Part shown: one piece after another, positions 18,504 through 26,665 of the stretch
Layout: every line of letters starts with the position of its first letter
Position numbering within the stretch: the stretch's first letter is position 1
Translations under genes and position numbers: made by a program
The notes under the pieces: generated by a model
Told to the model about the DNA's origin: nothing
What the model saw: the letters and a program-made list of their open reading frames with translations, nothing else
Database searches by the model: none
Origin: Planctomycetota bacterium
GTDB lineage: Bacteria; Planctomycetota; Phycisphaerae; Sedimentisphaerales; Anaerohalosphaeraceae
DNA length: 30,009 nt
Direction of reading: 5' to 3'
Assembly (NCBI GenBank): GCA_019456245.1
Contig: VRUF01000009.1
Coordinates: forward strand, 1 to 30,009

Positions 18504-19511
18504 ATGATAGTGAATTATGAGCATTCATATGTAGAACCTTTCTTACGTCTCGTTCCGAGTGTTATTGTCGGTAAGCATCGTATTCGAGCGGTTTTTGACA
18601 AGCTCCGCGTTCGGCCAATAGAAGAGACCTTCCACGAGTTCCTGATTGCAATTGTGCAATGGACTTTTGGGGAGCCGTGGTGGAAACGTCAAGTAGGGAT
18701 GCCAAAAACTGAGCGTCATGTGGTTGTTCGTTGGTGGTTTGACTTCAACAATCTAAGACAAAAGAGGATCGGTGAGGTTAAGGAGGGGCCAGGTGGCCCA
18801 ATTTATTCCGCCAATGCAACAGGGAATATTTGGTCGTTGCTCCTGTTCGGTTGGGACTTATATTGTTTGCAAACAAAAAACATGCTCCCTGATTTTCTTC
18901 GTGAAAAACTACGTGATCACAAGAGCTTCCAGGCAGCGAGGTATGAGATTGCCGTGGCCGCTGTCATAGCACGCGCTGGATTTGAAATTGATTTCCTTGA
19001 TGAGGCTGGTGTTCAGGAGAAGCACTGTGAGTTTATCGCTAAGCATCGAGACCATATCACGCAATTAGGCATTGAAGCCAAAAGTCGTATTCGACCGGGT
19101 GTTCTCAATGAACCCGGGGATTTTAACTATACTGGGGATTGGAAGGGGATGCGCAAACTTATAAGATCCGCAAAGAAGCAAAAGCCACCGGATCTTGCGT
19201 TCCTTATCTTTATTGATGTTAATCTTCCATTAACTCCTGGGATTCCACCATTACAAAAGCCTTGGTTAGTTGACCTTCAGAAAGCCCTCGCAATCCTCGG
19301 TGAACCATCGACTAAAAATCCCGACCCTTTTAATGCATTAATCCCCACTAATTTTGCCCGCTATTTTTTAGATGCTAGTGTTGAATCTCCACCACTGGAA
19401 TTCGGTTTTGTACTTTCAGGATTCCCTCAGACGTCACTACCGAACCACGAAGTGCTTAATGCCATATGGGATAGCCTTGATAGGTATGGCAAAATCCCTG
19501 ATGATATATAG
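18504..19511 (+). CDS. Hypothetical protein with a PD-(D/E)xK restriction-endonuclease-like region
   Basis: ARYEIAVA...HCEFIAK...GIEAKSR, plus IFIDVN. Confidence 0.6.
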   Translation: MIVNYEHSYVEPFLRLVPSVIVGKHRIRAVFDKLRVRPIEETFHEFLIAIVQWTFGEPWWKRQVGMPKTERHVVVRWWFDFNNLRQKRIGEVKEGPGGPIYSANATGNIWSLLLFGWDLYCLQTKNMLPDFLREKLRDHKSFQAARYEIAVAAVIARAGFEIDFLDEAGVQEKHCEFIAKHRDHITQLGIEAKSRIRPGVLNEPGDFNYTGDWKGMRKLIRSAKKQKPPDLAFLIFIDVNLPLTPGIPPLQKPWLVDLQKALAILGEPSTKNPDPFNALIPTNFARYFLDASVESPPLEFGFVLSGFPQTSLPNHEVLNAIWDSLDRYGKIPDDI

Positions 19512-19743
19512 TACTGAAGCTTCTCTTCCTTTTTAAAACCAAAACATTTAAATACTTCAATGCCTTAATGGTCTTCATCACTTAAGTCAAAACGTCATGT
19601 ACGTTAATTGCCGGCTCTTTAAATGTGACACTTTCTAAGGAAGCCTGGTCCGGGCGTCCTCTGATTCTGTCACACAATAAGAGCTGAAATACAACTCAAC
19701 TGCCACAAAATTATAAAACCCAGTGATTGTCACTAACAGGAAA

Positions 19744-20940
19744 ATGCCAGATCCTGAAAAGAAAGATATACATAATCGGAAAAGAGGTTACCAAACTGCT
19801 TTGAAGAACTTGGAAGGTAATACAGAGATCATTCCTCGTAATAAGGAACTTATTCTAAAATTTATTCGGGACTGTCGTCTCGGGAAAACGCTTAGGAACA
19901 GGCAGAAGAAGAGTATTGGAGTTGCTCGATGCCTGAAGTATATCTGCATTTTAAAGAAACTATCCTCATGGTTAAATAAACCATTTGATCAAGTTGTCCA
20001 AAGGGACATGGAAAAACTCATAGAAAATTTAGAAAATGACAATTATACGAGTGAACTGCGTGGAAAGAATGGTCAAGTTATAAAAATAAAAAAACTAGCT
20101 CATTCCACGAAGCTGGATTATAAGAAGACGATCAGGAAATTCTACAAGTGGCTCCTTGGCAATAATGACCATTTCCCTGAGTTGGTTGACTGGATTGATA
20201 CTTATGATTTACCACGAGAGGTCTCTGCCTTGACCAGGGATGAAGTTGAGAGGCTTGCCGATGCGTCGAAAATTCGAGATAAAGCCATCATCATGTTATT
20301 GTTCGACAGCGGCGCGAGAGCAGAGGAATTCCTGAACATCAAGATAAGTGATCTCACGAAGCGCGACGATATCTACAGGATGAGGATAGTCCACTCCAAG
20401 ACAAAGCCCAGGACGATCCACCTACCGATAGGCACCAAGTACCTTGATCTGTGGCTCCAAGGATTTACGGACAGGGACGATCAGAGTTACCTCTTCCCGA
20501 TAACCTATGAGGGGCTTAGAATGATGCTGCACAGAGTAGGGAAGAGAGTACTGAATAAGAGGGTCACGCCCCATATACTGCGTCACACCAGTGCCACATA
20601 CTACGCCAACTTGTTGAACCACCACCAGCTTTGTTATCGGTACGGGTGGGCGATGGCAAGTAATATGCCCAACCGCTATATTGATCGTGAGGGCATTCTC
20701 GAAGAGGAAACGCGCCATATCGTGAAAACGAATGACTTAGCTACCCTAGAGAGGCAGAACCAGGTGCTGCAGGAGGAGCTGGCTCTTCTCAAGCAAGGAA
20801 ATGAGCAGGTGAATAGGGAACTCGCTGATCTGCGGAGAAAGTACGATGGACTTTTTGCGGGAAAGGGACTGATGAGATTGCTAGCAGCGTTATCTAAAGA
20901 TCGAAAGGGTGGTTGGATGGTGAATTCTCAGTACTCGTAG
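19744..20940 (+). CDS. Tyrosine recombinase/integrase with C-terminal coiled coil
   Basis: RDKAIIMLLFDSGARAEE (Arg I), SKTK, PHILRH (HxxR), YGW...MPNRY (catalytic Tyr); ATG at 19744 follows AGGA. Confidence 0.92.
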   Translation: MPDPEKKDIHNRKRGYQTALKNLEGNTEIIPRNKELILKFIRDCRLGKTLRNRQKKSIGVARCLKYICILKKLSSWLNKPFDQVVQRDMEKLIENLENDNYTSELRGKNGQVIKIKKLAHSTKLDYKKTIRKFYKWLLGNNDHFPELVDWIDTYDLPREVSALTRDEVERLADASKIRDKAIIMLLFDSGARAEEFLNIKISDLTKRDDIYRMRIVHSKTKPRTIHLPIGTKYLDLWLQGFTDRDDQSYLFPITYEGLRMMLHRVGKRVLNKRVTPHILRHTSATYYANLLNHHQLCYRYGWAMASNMPNRYIDREGILEEETRHIVKTNDLATLERQNQVLQEELALLKQGNEQVNRELADLRRKYDGLFAGKGLMRLLAALSKDRKGGWMVNSQYS

Positions 20941-21809
20941 GGATCGTTCCATTTTTCCGATGGAAGTCGAATCTGAAGTTCATCATCTTCATTTGCCACA
21001 TCCGTTGAAAGCGGCTCAATAAGTGCCAGGTACAGTTGATTATACCCCAAGTCTATAATTGATTCCATTGCCTCAATCTCTCCCCCAAAATCTTGATACC
21101 ACTCGCTTAGAGACAATTGAACAGTGACCCTATCATGAACACCCCGAATGAATTCGCTTGCCAATGTGGATGAATTTATCGGAAGGGAATTCAATGATCG
21201 ATGGCCTCGAACCAGATTTTTCATTCCATCCGACCGTATTTCATATTTGACTGTTCCATTTTCATGACATGCAATAAGACTACATGCACATTTCCCAGCC
21301 AGTTCGACGAAGCGATGTGCAGTTGCATAGGCGGAAATATTGAAAGTGTCCGATAGCGAAGCTATAGAAGTATTTGTATACCCCATCGGTGCCATCGCTG
21401 TTTGAAAAGCAGATTTGGGGACCAAAAAATTGATGGCAAACTTATCCGCTTCTCTCTCCACAATCCTATCGGAAGAAAACTCAGTTGTCGAAAAGTGGAT
21501 TCCTTGTTCATTGAGCATGGCACGATGGGAGGGGAGAGTCAGGTGACCTAGTTCATGGGCAAGCGTGAAGCGCCTGAACTTTTCGCTCCAGTTTTGATTC
21601 TTATTATAAAGGATTAGATAATCCCCCGAGCCGAGGGACCTTGAGGCAGCGGAAAATGAGTCGTGAAACTCCCCTTCCTCATATCTGTAGTCCGTCGATT
21701 CAATGAAAGCATCGATATTTGGAACGAGGCTATCCTTACCAAGCCCAACTTCTTCTTTTAAGTAGTTGACAAGTGTCTCTATTTCATGTTCGTGGAGTGT
21801 TCTGTTCAT
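20928..21809 (-). CDS. ImmA/IrrE-family metallopeptidase (CapP-like)
   Basis: RRFTLAHELGH (HExxH), EREADKFAINFLVP, extended C-terminal domain. Confidence 0.9.
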   Translation of the reverse strand: MNRTLHEHEIETLVNYLKEEVGLGKDSLVPNIDAFIESTDYRYEEGEFHDSFSAASRSLGSGDYLILYNKNQNWSEKFRRFTLAHELGHLTLPSHRAMLNEQGIHFSTTEFSSDRIVEREADKFAINFLVPKSAFQTAMAPMGYTNTSIASLSDTFNISAYATAHRFVELAGKCACSLIACHENGTVKYEIRSDGMKNLVRGHRSLNSLPINSSTLASEFIRGVHDRVTVQLSLSEWYQDFGGEIEAMESIIDLGYNQLYLALIEPLSTDVANEDDELQIRLPSEKWNDPYEY

Positions 21810-22119
21810 CTTTGCCTTCGGCTCTCAAGTATTTTTCTACTATTTTTGTAATCTCCCTGCGAGACTCAGGAGAAAGCTCCTTTAAGTTCCTCATGAGAAT
21901 CTTGGCTTGACCTGCAACCTCTTCGTGTCCTACGAGTAACTCCCTTTCGACACCAAGAAACTTTGCTAGTTTATCAGTCGTCGAAGGTGTGGGCACCCTC
22001 TCGCCCTTTTCGAATTGTGAAATAGCTGCCTGACTGAGACCCGTTGCCTCGGCCAGTTTTTCTTGGGTTAGATTTTTTGTTCTTCGAGTGTCCCGCAAGC
22101 GAATCCCAAAAATAGACAT
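21784..22119 (-). CDS. XRE-family HTH repressor (ImmR/CapH-like)
   Basis: LTQEKLAEATGLSQAAISQFEKGERVP; AGGAG RBS; overlaps the peptidase start by 26 bp. Confidence 0.92.
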   Translation of the reverse strand: MSIFGIRLRDTRRTKNLTQEKLAEATGLSQAAISQFEKGERVPTPSTTDKLAKFLGVERELLVGHEEVAGQAKILMRNLKELSPESRREITKIVEKYLRAEGKDEQNTPRT

Positions 22120-22237
22120 GAAAAACTCCTTGCAGTTATATTATTACAGAAGTAAGTTATACCGCCACCAAGGTGATAATATAACCTATACCGAGGTGGG
22201 TAGTCAACTAAAAACGGTTATGATAAGGAGTATTTCG
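22120..22237. promoter_or_regulatory. Divergent promoter/operator region
   Basis: TTGCAG(22130)-17 bp-TAAGTT(22153); GTTATA at 22135 and 22156, inverse TATAAC at 22180; AAGGAG RBS before 22238. Confidence 0.5.
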
Positions 22238-22474
22238 ATGAAAATAAAAGAGAATGGCCCCTTCTACACCTTCTTTGTTGATGGGGTAGAATATCATATT
22301 GAAGAATCCACGATTACTGGCGGTGGGATCATGGACCTTGCAGGCATACCGTATGAAGTTGGGTTACTTCAACTTCTTGAGGATGGAACCCAACGAGCAG
22401 TTGCAGTGGACGAAGTGGTCGAGCTTAAGCCTGGCCGTCGGTTCAAGAAAGCCCCCCGATACAAGAGAGGATAG
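22238..22474 (+). CDS. Ubiquitin-like beta-grasp protein (multi-ubiquitin-domain type), ends in Gly
   Basis: 78 aa from RBS-supported ATG 22238: FFVDGVEY...TITGGGIMDLAGIP...DEVVEL...KAPRYKRG*. Confidence 0.8.
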   Translation: MKIKENGPFYTFFVDGVEYHIEESTITGGGIMDLAGIPYEVGLLQLLEDGTQRAVAVDEVVELKPGRRFKKAPRYKRG

Positions 22475-22475
22475 C

Positions 22476-22868
22476 ATGCGCCAACGATTGCGACAGGAAA
22501 TCGAATTACTGCAAAAGGCGTATGGTACTGTAGAATCCGATCCAGATATCTCGTGGATAGTTGTGAAAAATGTTCAGCTTCCGGATGGTTGGAATAGAGA
22601 CCAGACTGATATTCTAATTAAAATCCCTCCGGGTTACCCAACCACCCAGCCAGACAACTTTTTTGTCGATTCAACACTAAGGCTTTCCAATGACCAAAAG
22701 CCCAACAGGGCTCCCCAAGAGGAATCCATAGGGAGCAGGGATTGGTTAATGTTCTCCTTTCACCTTGATGGTTCGGGAGAATGGCAACCAGAAGCCGAAA
22801 TTGAGAATGGTCACAACCTCTTAACCTACCTCGAAGGGATAAAGGGGCGGCTCGCGGAGCCGGATTAA
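22476..22868 (+). CDS. Prokaryotic E2/UBC-fold protein (Prok-E2 family E-like), no cysteine
   Basis: 130 aa from ATG 22476: LPDGWN, IPPGYPTTQPDNFF, WLMFSFH, HNLLTYL. Confidence 0.8.
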   Translation: MRQRLRQEIELLQKAYGTVESDPDISWIVVKNVQLPDGWNRDQTDILIKIPPGYPTTQPDNFFVDSTLRLSNDQKPNRAPQEESIGSRDWLMFSFHLDGSGEWQPEAEIENGHNLLTYLEGIKGRLAEPD

Positions 22869-22869
22869 T

Positions 22870-24255
22870 TTGGCCGCTATAAAAATCACAGAGAGTGTCC
22901 GCGAGGAAGTGCTTCAATACCTATTCTCCAAACCGGGTGAGCATTTTGGTTTCCTCTCAGCTAATGCATACCCAAGCACGAAGGGACCTGTCTTTTTAGT
23001 TCGTGAGTTTCTGCCAATTCGAGATGAACTGGTATCCGTTTCTAATGAAGGATGGGAGGTACATACCGAAGCGATTCTAGAGGTGGTAAACCATGCGGTG
23101 CTAAATCAAAGAGCCCTTATCGAAGTGCATAATCATGCTACGGGGATTGCACAATTCTCAACTATTGATCGTGATGGGTTGGAACAATTTATTCCCTATA
23201 TCCTCGATTCCCTGCCTGGTCGTCCATACGGGGCAACCGTCTGGACCCTGAGCGATGTGTATGGGGAGTACTTTGAAACGAGCGCACGAGGTAATCCGGT
23301 CCGGAGTATTACTACAGTGGGGGCCTCCTTCACACAATTGAATGCTGGACCAGGCAAGGCGGTACTGGACCCCCGCTTCATTCGCCAAGAATCTTGGCTT
23401 ACGTCTGCTGGACAAGCAGCTCTGGGCAAGCTCCGTATCGGGATTGTTGGTCTCGGTGGCACTGGCTCACTTGTTGTCCAAAACTTGGCATATCTTGGGA
23501 TCCAAGATTTTGTGTTGGTGGATGGTGACGACGCTGAAGAATCGAATATGAATAGACTTGTAACGGCATCTTTTGCCGATATGGAGACGCCGAAGACAAT
23601 CCTTGGGCGCAGGCTAATAAGGGGTATCAATCCTAAGGCATCGGTGATGGCTTTGAGAGCTGACCTGAGAACACTGCCTGTCATCGCTCTCTTGAAGGAA
23701 GTCGATGTTATTTTTGGCTGTGTGGACAATGATGGGGCGAGGTTGGTTTTGAACGAACTGTGTCGTGCCTATTATATACCTCTGTTCGATCTCGGTGTGG
23801 GATTGGATGCTGAAGATGGCAAAGTCATATCAGCGGGTGGGCGTGTCGTATCGGCTATCCCTGAAGGGCCTTGCCTTCACTGTCTTGGTGAAATTGACCA
23901 AAATGAAGCTCGATACTTACTTAGTTCCTCAAAGGAACAGGAGGTAGAGCATCGTCTTGGATATGTTGAGGGGCTGGATGTGCCGGCACCTGCAGTGATT
24001 TCCCTGAATGCCACAATTGCCTCCATAGCTGTGAATGAGTTTACTGTATTCATTACAGGAGCTCGTCCTCTGAATTATCTGCTCGATTATGACATGCTTG
24101 GAATGGCATACTCTGTTCCTTCCCAACGGTTAGATCCCCGGACGTCAACCCGGAAAACGGGGTGTGTTCAATGCTCCATCGAGGGAGAAGGAGACGAAGC
24201 ACAGATTGAACGTTACGTGAAAATAAGCAAAACAGGAGATACCCAAAATGACTAG
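22870..24255 (+). CDS. Fused JAB/JAMM peptidase + ThiF/E1 adenylyltransferase
   Basis: E...HNH-x7-S-x2-D JAMM motif (EVHNHATGIAQFSTID); GLGGTG, DGD, SNMNR, GCVD; two CxxC pairs (CLHC, CVQC). Confidence 0.9.
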   Translation: MAAIKITESVREEVLQYLFSKPGEHFGFLSANAYPSTKGPVFLVREFLPIRDELVSVSNEGWEVHTEAILEVVNHAVLNQRALIEVHNHATGIAQFSTIDRDGLEQFIPYILDSLPGRPYGATVWTLSDVYGEYFETSARGNPVRSITTVGASFTQLNAGPGKAVLDPRFIRQESWLTSAGQAALGKLRIGIVGLGGTGSLVVQNLAYLGIQDFVLVDGDDAEESNMNRLVTASFADMETPKTILGRRLIRGINPKASVMALRADLRTLPVIALLKEVDVIFGCVDNDGARLVLNELCRAYYIPLFDLGVGLDAEDGKVISAGGRVVSAIPEGPCLHCLGEIDQNEARYLLSSSKEQEVEHRLGYVEGLDVPAPAVISLNATIASIAVNEFTVFITGARPLNYLLDYDMLGMAYSVPSQRLDPRTSTRKTGCVQCSIEGEGDEAQIERYVKISKTGDTQND

Positions 24256-24598
24256 TCACCAAACATGTGATTGGATAGGAAATAGTGGTAAACGGTATAA
24301 TTACTACATCCACTCGCTACCTACATCAATTGATCCTGGTCAGGACGGTAACTACATCTATGCCAAATTGAATAATCAGCAGCAGTGGATCCCAGTTTAT
24401 GTTGGCGAGGGTGATCTTGCGGATCGTTCAAGCAGTAGTCATCATCAAGCAGATTGTATAAGGAGAAAAGGTGCAACTCATTTTCATTGCCACTTAAATG
24501 CCAGCAAACAAGATCGTCGTTCTGAGGAACAGGACCTTCTCTCCAATTATCAAAACGCTTATCAGCCAAACGGGTGCAATGAACAGCTTGGTGGCTAG
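24248..24598 (+). CDS. Small GIY-YIG-like protein ending in Leu-Gly-Gly
   Basis: GNYIY...YVGEGDLADR...HH...EEQDLL...PNGCN; overlaps the E1 stop by 8 bp; ends CTT GGT GGC TAG. Confidence 0.7.
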   Translation: MTSHQTCDWIGNSGKRYNYYIHSLPTSIDPGQDGNYIYAKLNNQQQWIPVYVGEGDLADRSSSSHHQADCIRRKGATHFHCHLNASKQDRRSEEQDLLSNYQNAYQPNGCNEQLGG

Positions 24599-24620
24599 CC
24601 GTTTTTCTATCTGGAATGAA

Positions 24621-24652
24621 AAGCCCCACCGATCTTCCGACCAGTGGGGCTT
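24621..24652. terminator. Hairpin closing the Ubl operon
   Basis: AAGCCCCAC-14 nt-GTGGGGCTT, 22 bp after the GIY-YIG-like stop. Confidence 0.55.
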
Positions 24653-24847
24653 CATGTCAGGTTGGCAGATAGCCAACTATCTTAGCAGTGAGGTCACATT
24701 TTGGTCATAGTAGCATCGTAAGATGTTGTTATTCATTGAGATAATAAACCGCAGCTCTGGCTCTTCGATAAACTTATCATCACACTCCCACATTGAGTTT
24801 CATAGTCTTTCGATCTTACATTTCTGGGTATCAAAAAGGGAATAATT

Positions 24848-26299
24848 ATGCCTTCTCTCTCAAAATCCAAGTTCCTTGCTGGCTGGCAATGTCCCAAAAA
24901 GCTATGGCTTGACGTTCACGAGCCAGATTTGGCTGAGCCCACATCGGCAGCACAACAACGTAGATTCGATCAGGGGATCAAAGTTGGGGAAATAGCTCGG
25001 AGATATTTCCCTGGCGGTGTTCTTATTGACGCAGACCACTTACACATCCCTGATGCCTTAGTTCAAACTCATGAGGCACTAATGAATCATGTAGATGTAG
25101 TCTTTGAGGGAGCATTTGACTTTGACAGCGTAGTTGTACGCCCTGACGTGATGCGTCGTAATGGGGGTGGATGGGAATTAATCGAAGTTAAGTCCTCAGC
25201 TAAGGTGAAGGATGAGCATATCCCAGATGTAGCGATCCAGCACTATGTTCTTAATGGAGCGGGCCTTACCATTGTCCGAGATTACCTGATGCATATTAAC
25301 AATCAGTGCGTCTATCCCGATCTCTCCAATTTGTTTACTATTGAGGATGTTACAAAGCATGTGAGCGCTCAATTACCCTCGATGGCTACTCAGGTTGCTG
25401 AATTTCGTCAACTATTAGAACTGACCGAGGCACCTAGTGTTAAAATCGGGAAGCAGTGTACCAATCCATTCGACTGTCCCTTCGTTGTTCACTGCTGGGA
25501 TTGGGTTCCAGAGAACTCCATTTATACTGTTCCACGCTTGACTTGGACTAAGAAGGATCAATTATCTAACAACGGTGTAGTCAAGGTTGTCGACTTGCCA
25601 ACAGGTTACCGTCTAACCGCTGCTCAAGAAAAATACGTCGATAGTGTGGTGAAAGAAGAGCCAACTATCCATTGGCCTGATATCAGGGATACATTATCAG
25701 AACTCAATTATCCGATTCACTTCCTTGATTTCGAAACAGATGCCCCGGCGATCCCCCGGTTTGACGGAATGCGGCCGTATGAGAAGTATCCATTCCAATT
25801 CAGTTGTCATATCCTTGCTGAGAATGACAACCTTAGGCACAAAGACTATTTGCATGAGGAGGAATCTGATCCCCGTGATACGATCCTGCACGCTCTTCTA
25901 GATGCTATTGACCAATCAGGTTCAGTAGTCGTATACCATGCCAGCTTTGAAACGGGAGTTCTCAAATCAATGGTCCATTGGTTTCCCGGATCCACGCAGC
26001 AAATTCAATCAATTATTGATCGGATCTGGGATATGGAGCTCATCTTCAAAGACCACTATATGGACTATCGATTTGGCGGCTCGAGTAGCTTTAAGGCGGT
26101 GTTGCCAGTACTGATACCCTCAATGAGTTACCAAGACCTTTTCGTACATAGCGGGGATGACGCTCAGGCTGTATGGAATAATATGATCGTACTGCCAGGG
26201 GGAGAAGAGAAGACAAGACTCATCTCCAATCTTAAAGAGTACTGTGGGCAGGACACCCTTGGAATGGTGGAAATATACAGGGTACTCAAAACTCATTAA
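24848..26299 (+). CDS. DUF2779-type protein: Cas4/RecB-like nuclease + DEDD exonuclease-like domain
   Basis: LSKSKF...QCPKKLWL, RPDVM...LIEVKSS, C-x5-C-x5-C cluster, FLDFET, YHASFE, YCGQDT. Confidence 0.85.
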   Translation: MPSLSKSKFLAGWQCPKKLWLDVHEPDLAEPTSAAQQRRFDQGIKVGEIARRYFPGGVLIDADHLHIPDALVQTHEALMNHVDVVFEGAFDFDSVVVRPDVMRRNGGGWELIEVKSSAKVKDEHIPDVAIQHYVLNGAGLTIVRDYLMHINNQCVYPDLSNLFTIEDVTKHVSAQLPSMATQVAEFRQLLELTEAPSVKIGKQCTNPFDCPFVVHCWDWVPENSIYTVPRLTWTKKDQLSNNGVVKVVDLPTGYRLTAAQEKYVDSVVKEEPTIHWPDIRDTLSELNYPIHFLDFETDAPAIPRFDGMRPYEKYPFQFSCHILAENDNLRHKDYLHEEESDPRDTILHALLDAIDQSGSVVVYHASFETGVLKSMVHWFPGSTQQIQSIIDRIWDMELIFKDHYMDYRFGGSSSFKAVLPVLIPSMSYQDLFVHSGDDAQAVWNNMIVLPGGEEKTRLISNLKEYCGQDTLGMVEIYRVLKTH

Positions 26300-26412
26300 A
26301 AGGGCACAAGCCTCCTCTGCCTGGAGAAGAACACCCCAGAATATCGATACCAACCTAGATCAAATTGTTACCCCATTGCAACCATCAGGTCTTTTTCCGA
26401 CGGACGGAGTGT

Positions 26413-26458
26413 GCCCTTACAAGGCGGAGGTCGCAGGTTCGAGTCCTGCAGCGTCCAC
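26413..26458 (+). pseudogene. 3' half of tRNA-Val(TAC); probable attR core
   Basis: Anticodon loop CTTACAA, 3' strand GGCGG, T-arm GCAGG-TTCGAGT-CCTGC, acceptor 3' strand AGCGTCCA; no D-arm or matching 5' acceptor strand upstream. Confidence 0.85.
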
Positions 26459-26462
26459 GACG

Positions 26463-26489
26463 AAAGCCCTGCAAGAAGCGGGGCTTTTT
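26463..26489 (+). terminator. Rho-independent terminator after the tRNA fragment
   Basis: AAAGCCCTGC-aagaa-GCGGGGCTTT-TT. Confidence 0.75.
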
Positions 26490-26554
26490 CGTTTTCTGAT
26501 GAGCGCCGCCCTTATCCGTCTGCGTCCCGGAGGACCGGGACTACGCCGGACAGG

Positions 26555-26656
26555 CAAGGCGGAGGTCGCAGGTTCGCCCCGCCCCGCCTCCAGCGGGATT
26601 TGAACACATCCTGCGGGATTTGTCCCGCCAGCGGCGGGAAGTCCTGCAGCGTCCAC
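26555..26656 (+). pseudogene. Second tRNA-Val 3' remnant split by a 63-bp insertion in the T-loop
   Basis: 26555-26576 equals 26420-26441; 26640-26656 equals 26442-26458; insertion at 26577-26639. Confidence 0.85.
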
Positions 26657-26665
26657 ACATCAAAG

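Larger units (their letters stand above)
1..26458. mobile_element. Integrative element / defence island, right end at a tRNA-Val 3' fragment; left end lies outside the window
   Basis: tRNA-Val 3' half at 26413-26458; tyrosine integrase, primase, radC and defence-type cargo; spot counts give about 35-40% GC in cargo versus about 62-70% in the gene right of 26810. Confidence 0.8.

Noticed and set aside
16325-19511. Gabija or retron system
   Set aside because: The downstream gene has no UvrD helicase motifs and no reverse transcriptase is present.
19641-19660. AAGCCTGGTCCGGGCGTCCT as an attL copy of the tRNA-Val end
   Set aside because: Shares only GTCC...GCGTCC with the tRNA end; too short and gapped to support.
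22088-22475. ORF-track starts at 22088 (Ubl) and 22299 (E2)
   Set aside because: They overlap the divergent HTH gene or the Ubl gene; ATGs at 22238 and 22476 fit the RBS, operon spacing and domain boundaries.
20928-24598. CBASS (Cap2/Cap3) operon
   Set aside because: No CD-NTase; E2 is separate from E1 and a true Ubl is present.
24848-26299. CRISPR-Cas locus around the Cas4-like gene
   Set aside because: No regularly spaced repeat-spacer array and no cas1/cas2 in the window.
26385-26460. Intact tRNA-Val(TAC) gene
   Set aside because: No D-arm, no 5' strand to pair with AGCGTCC, and the 5' anticodon stem (GTGCC) pairs only partly with GGCGG.
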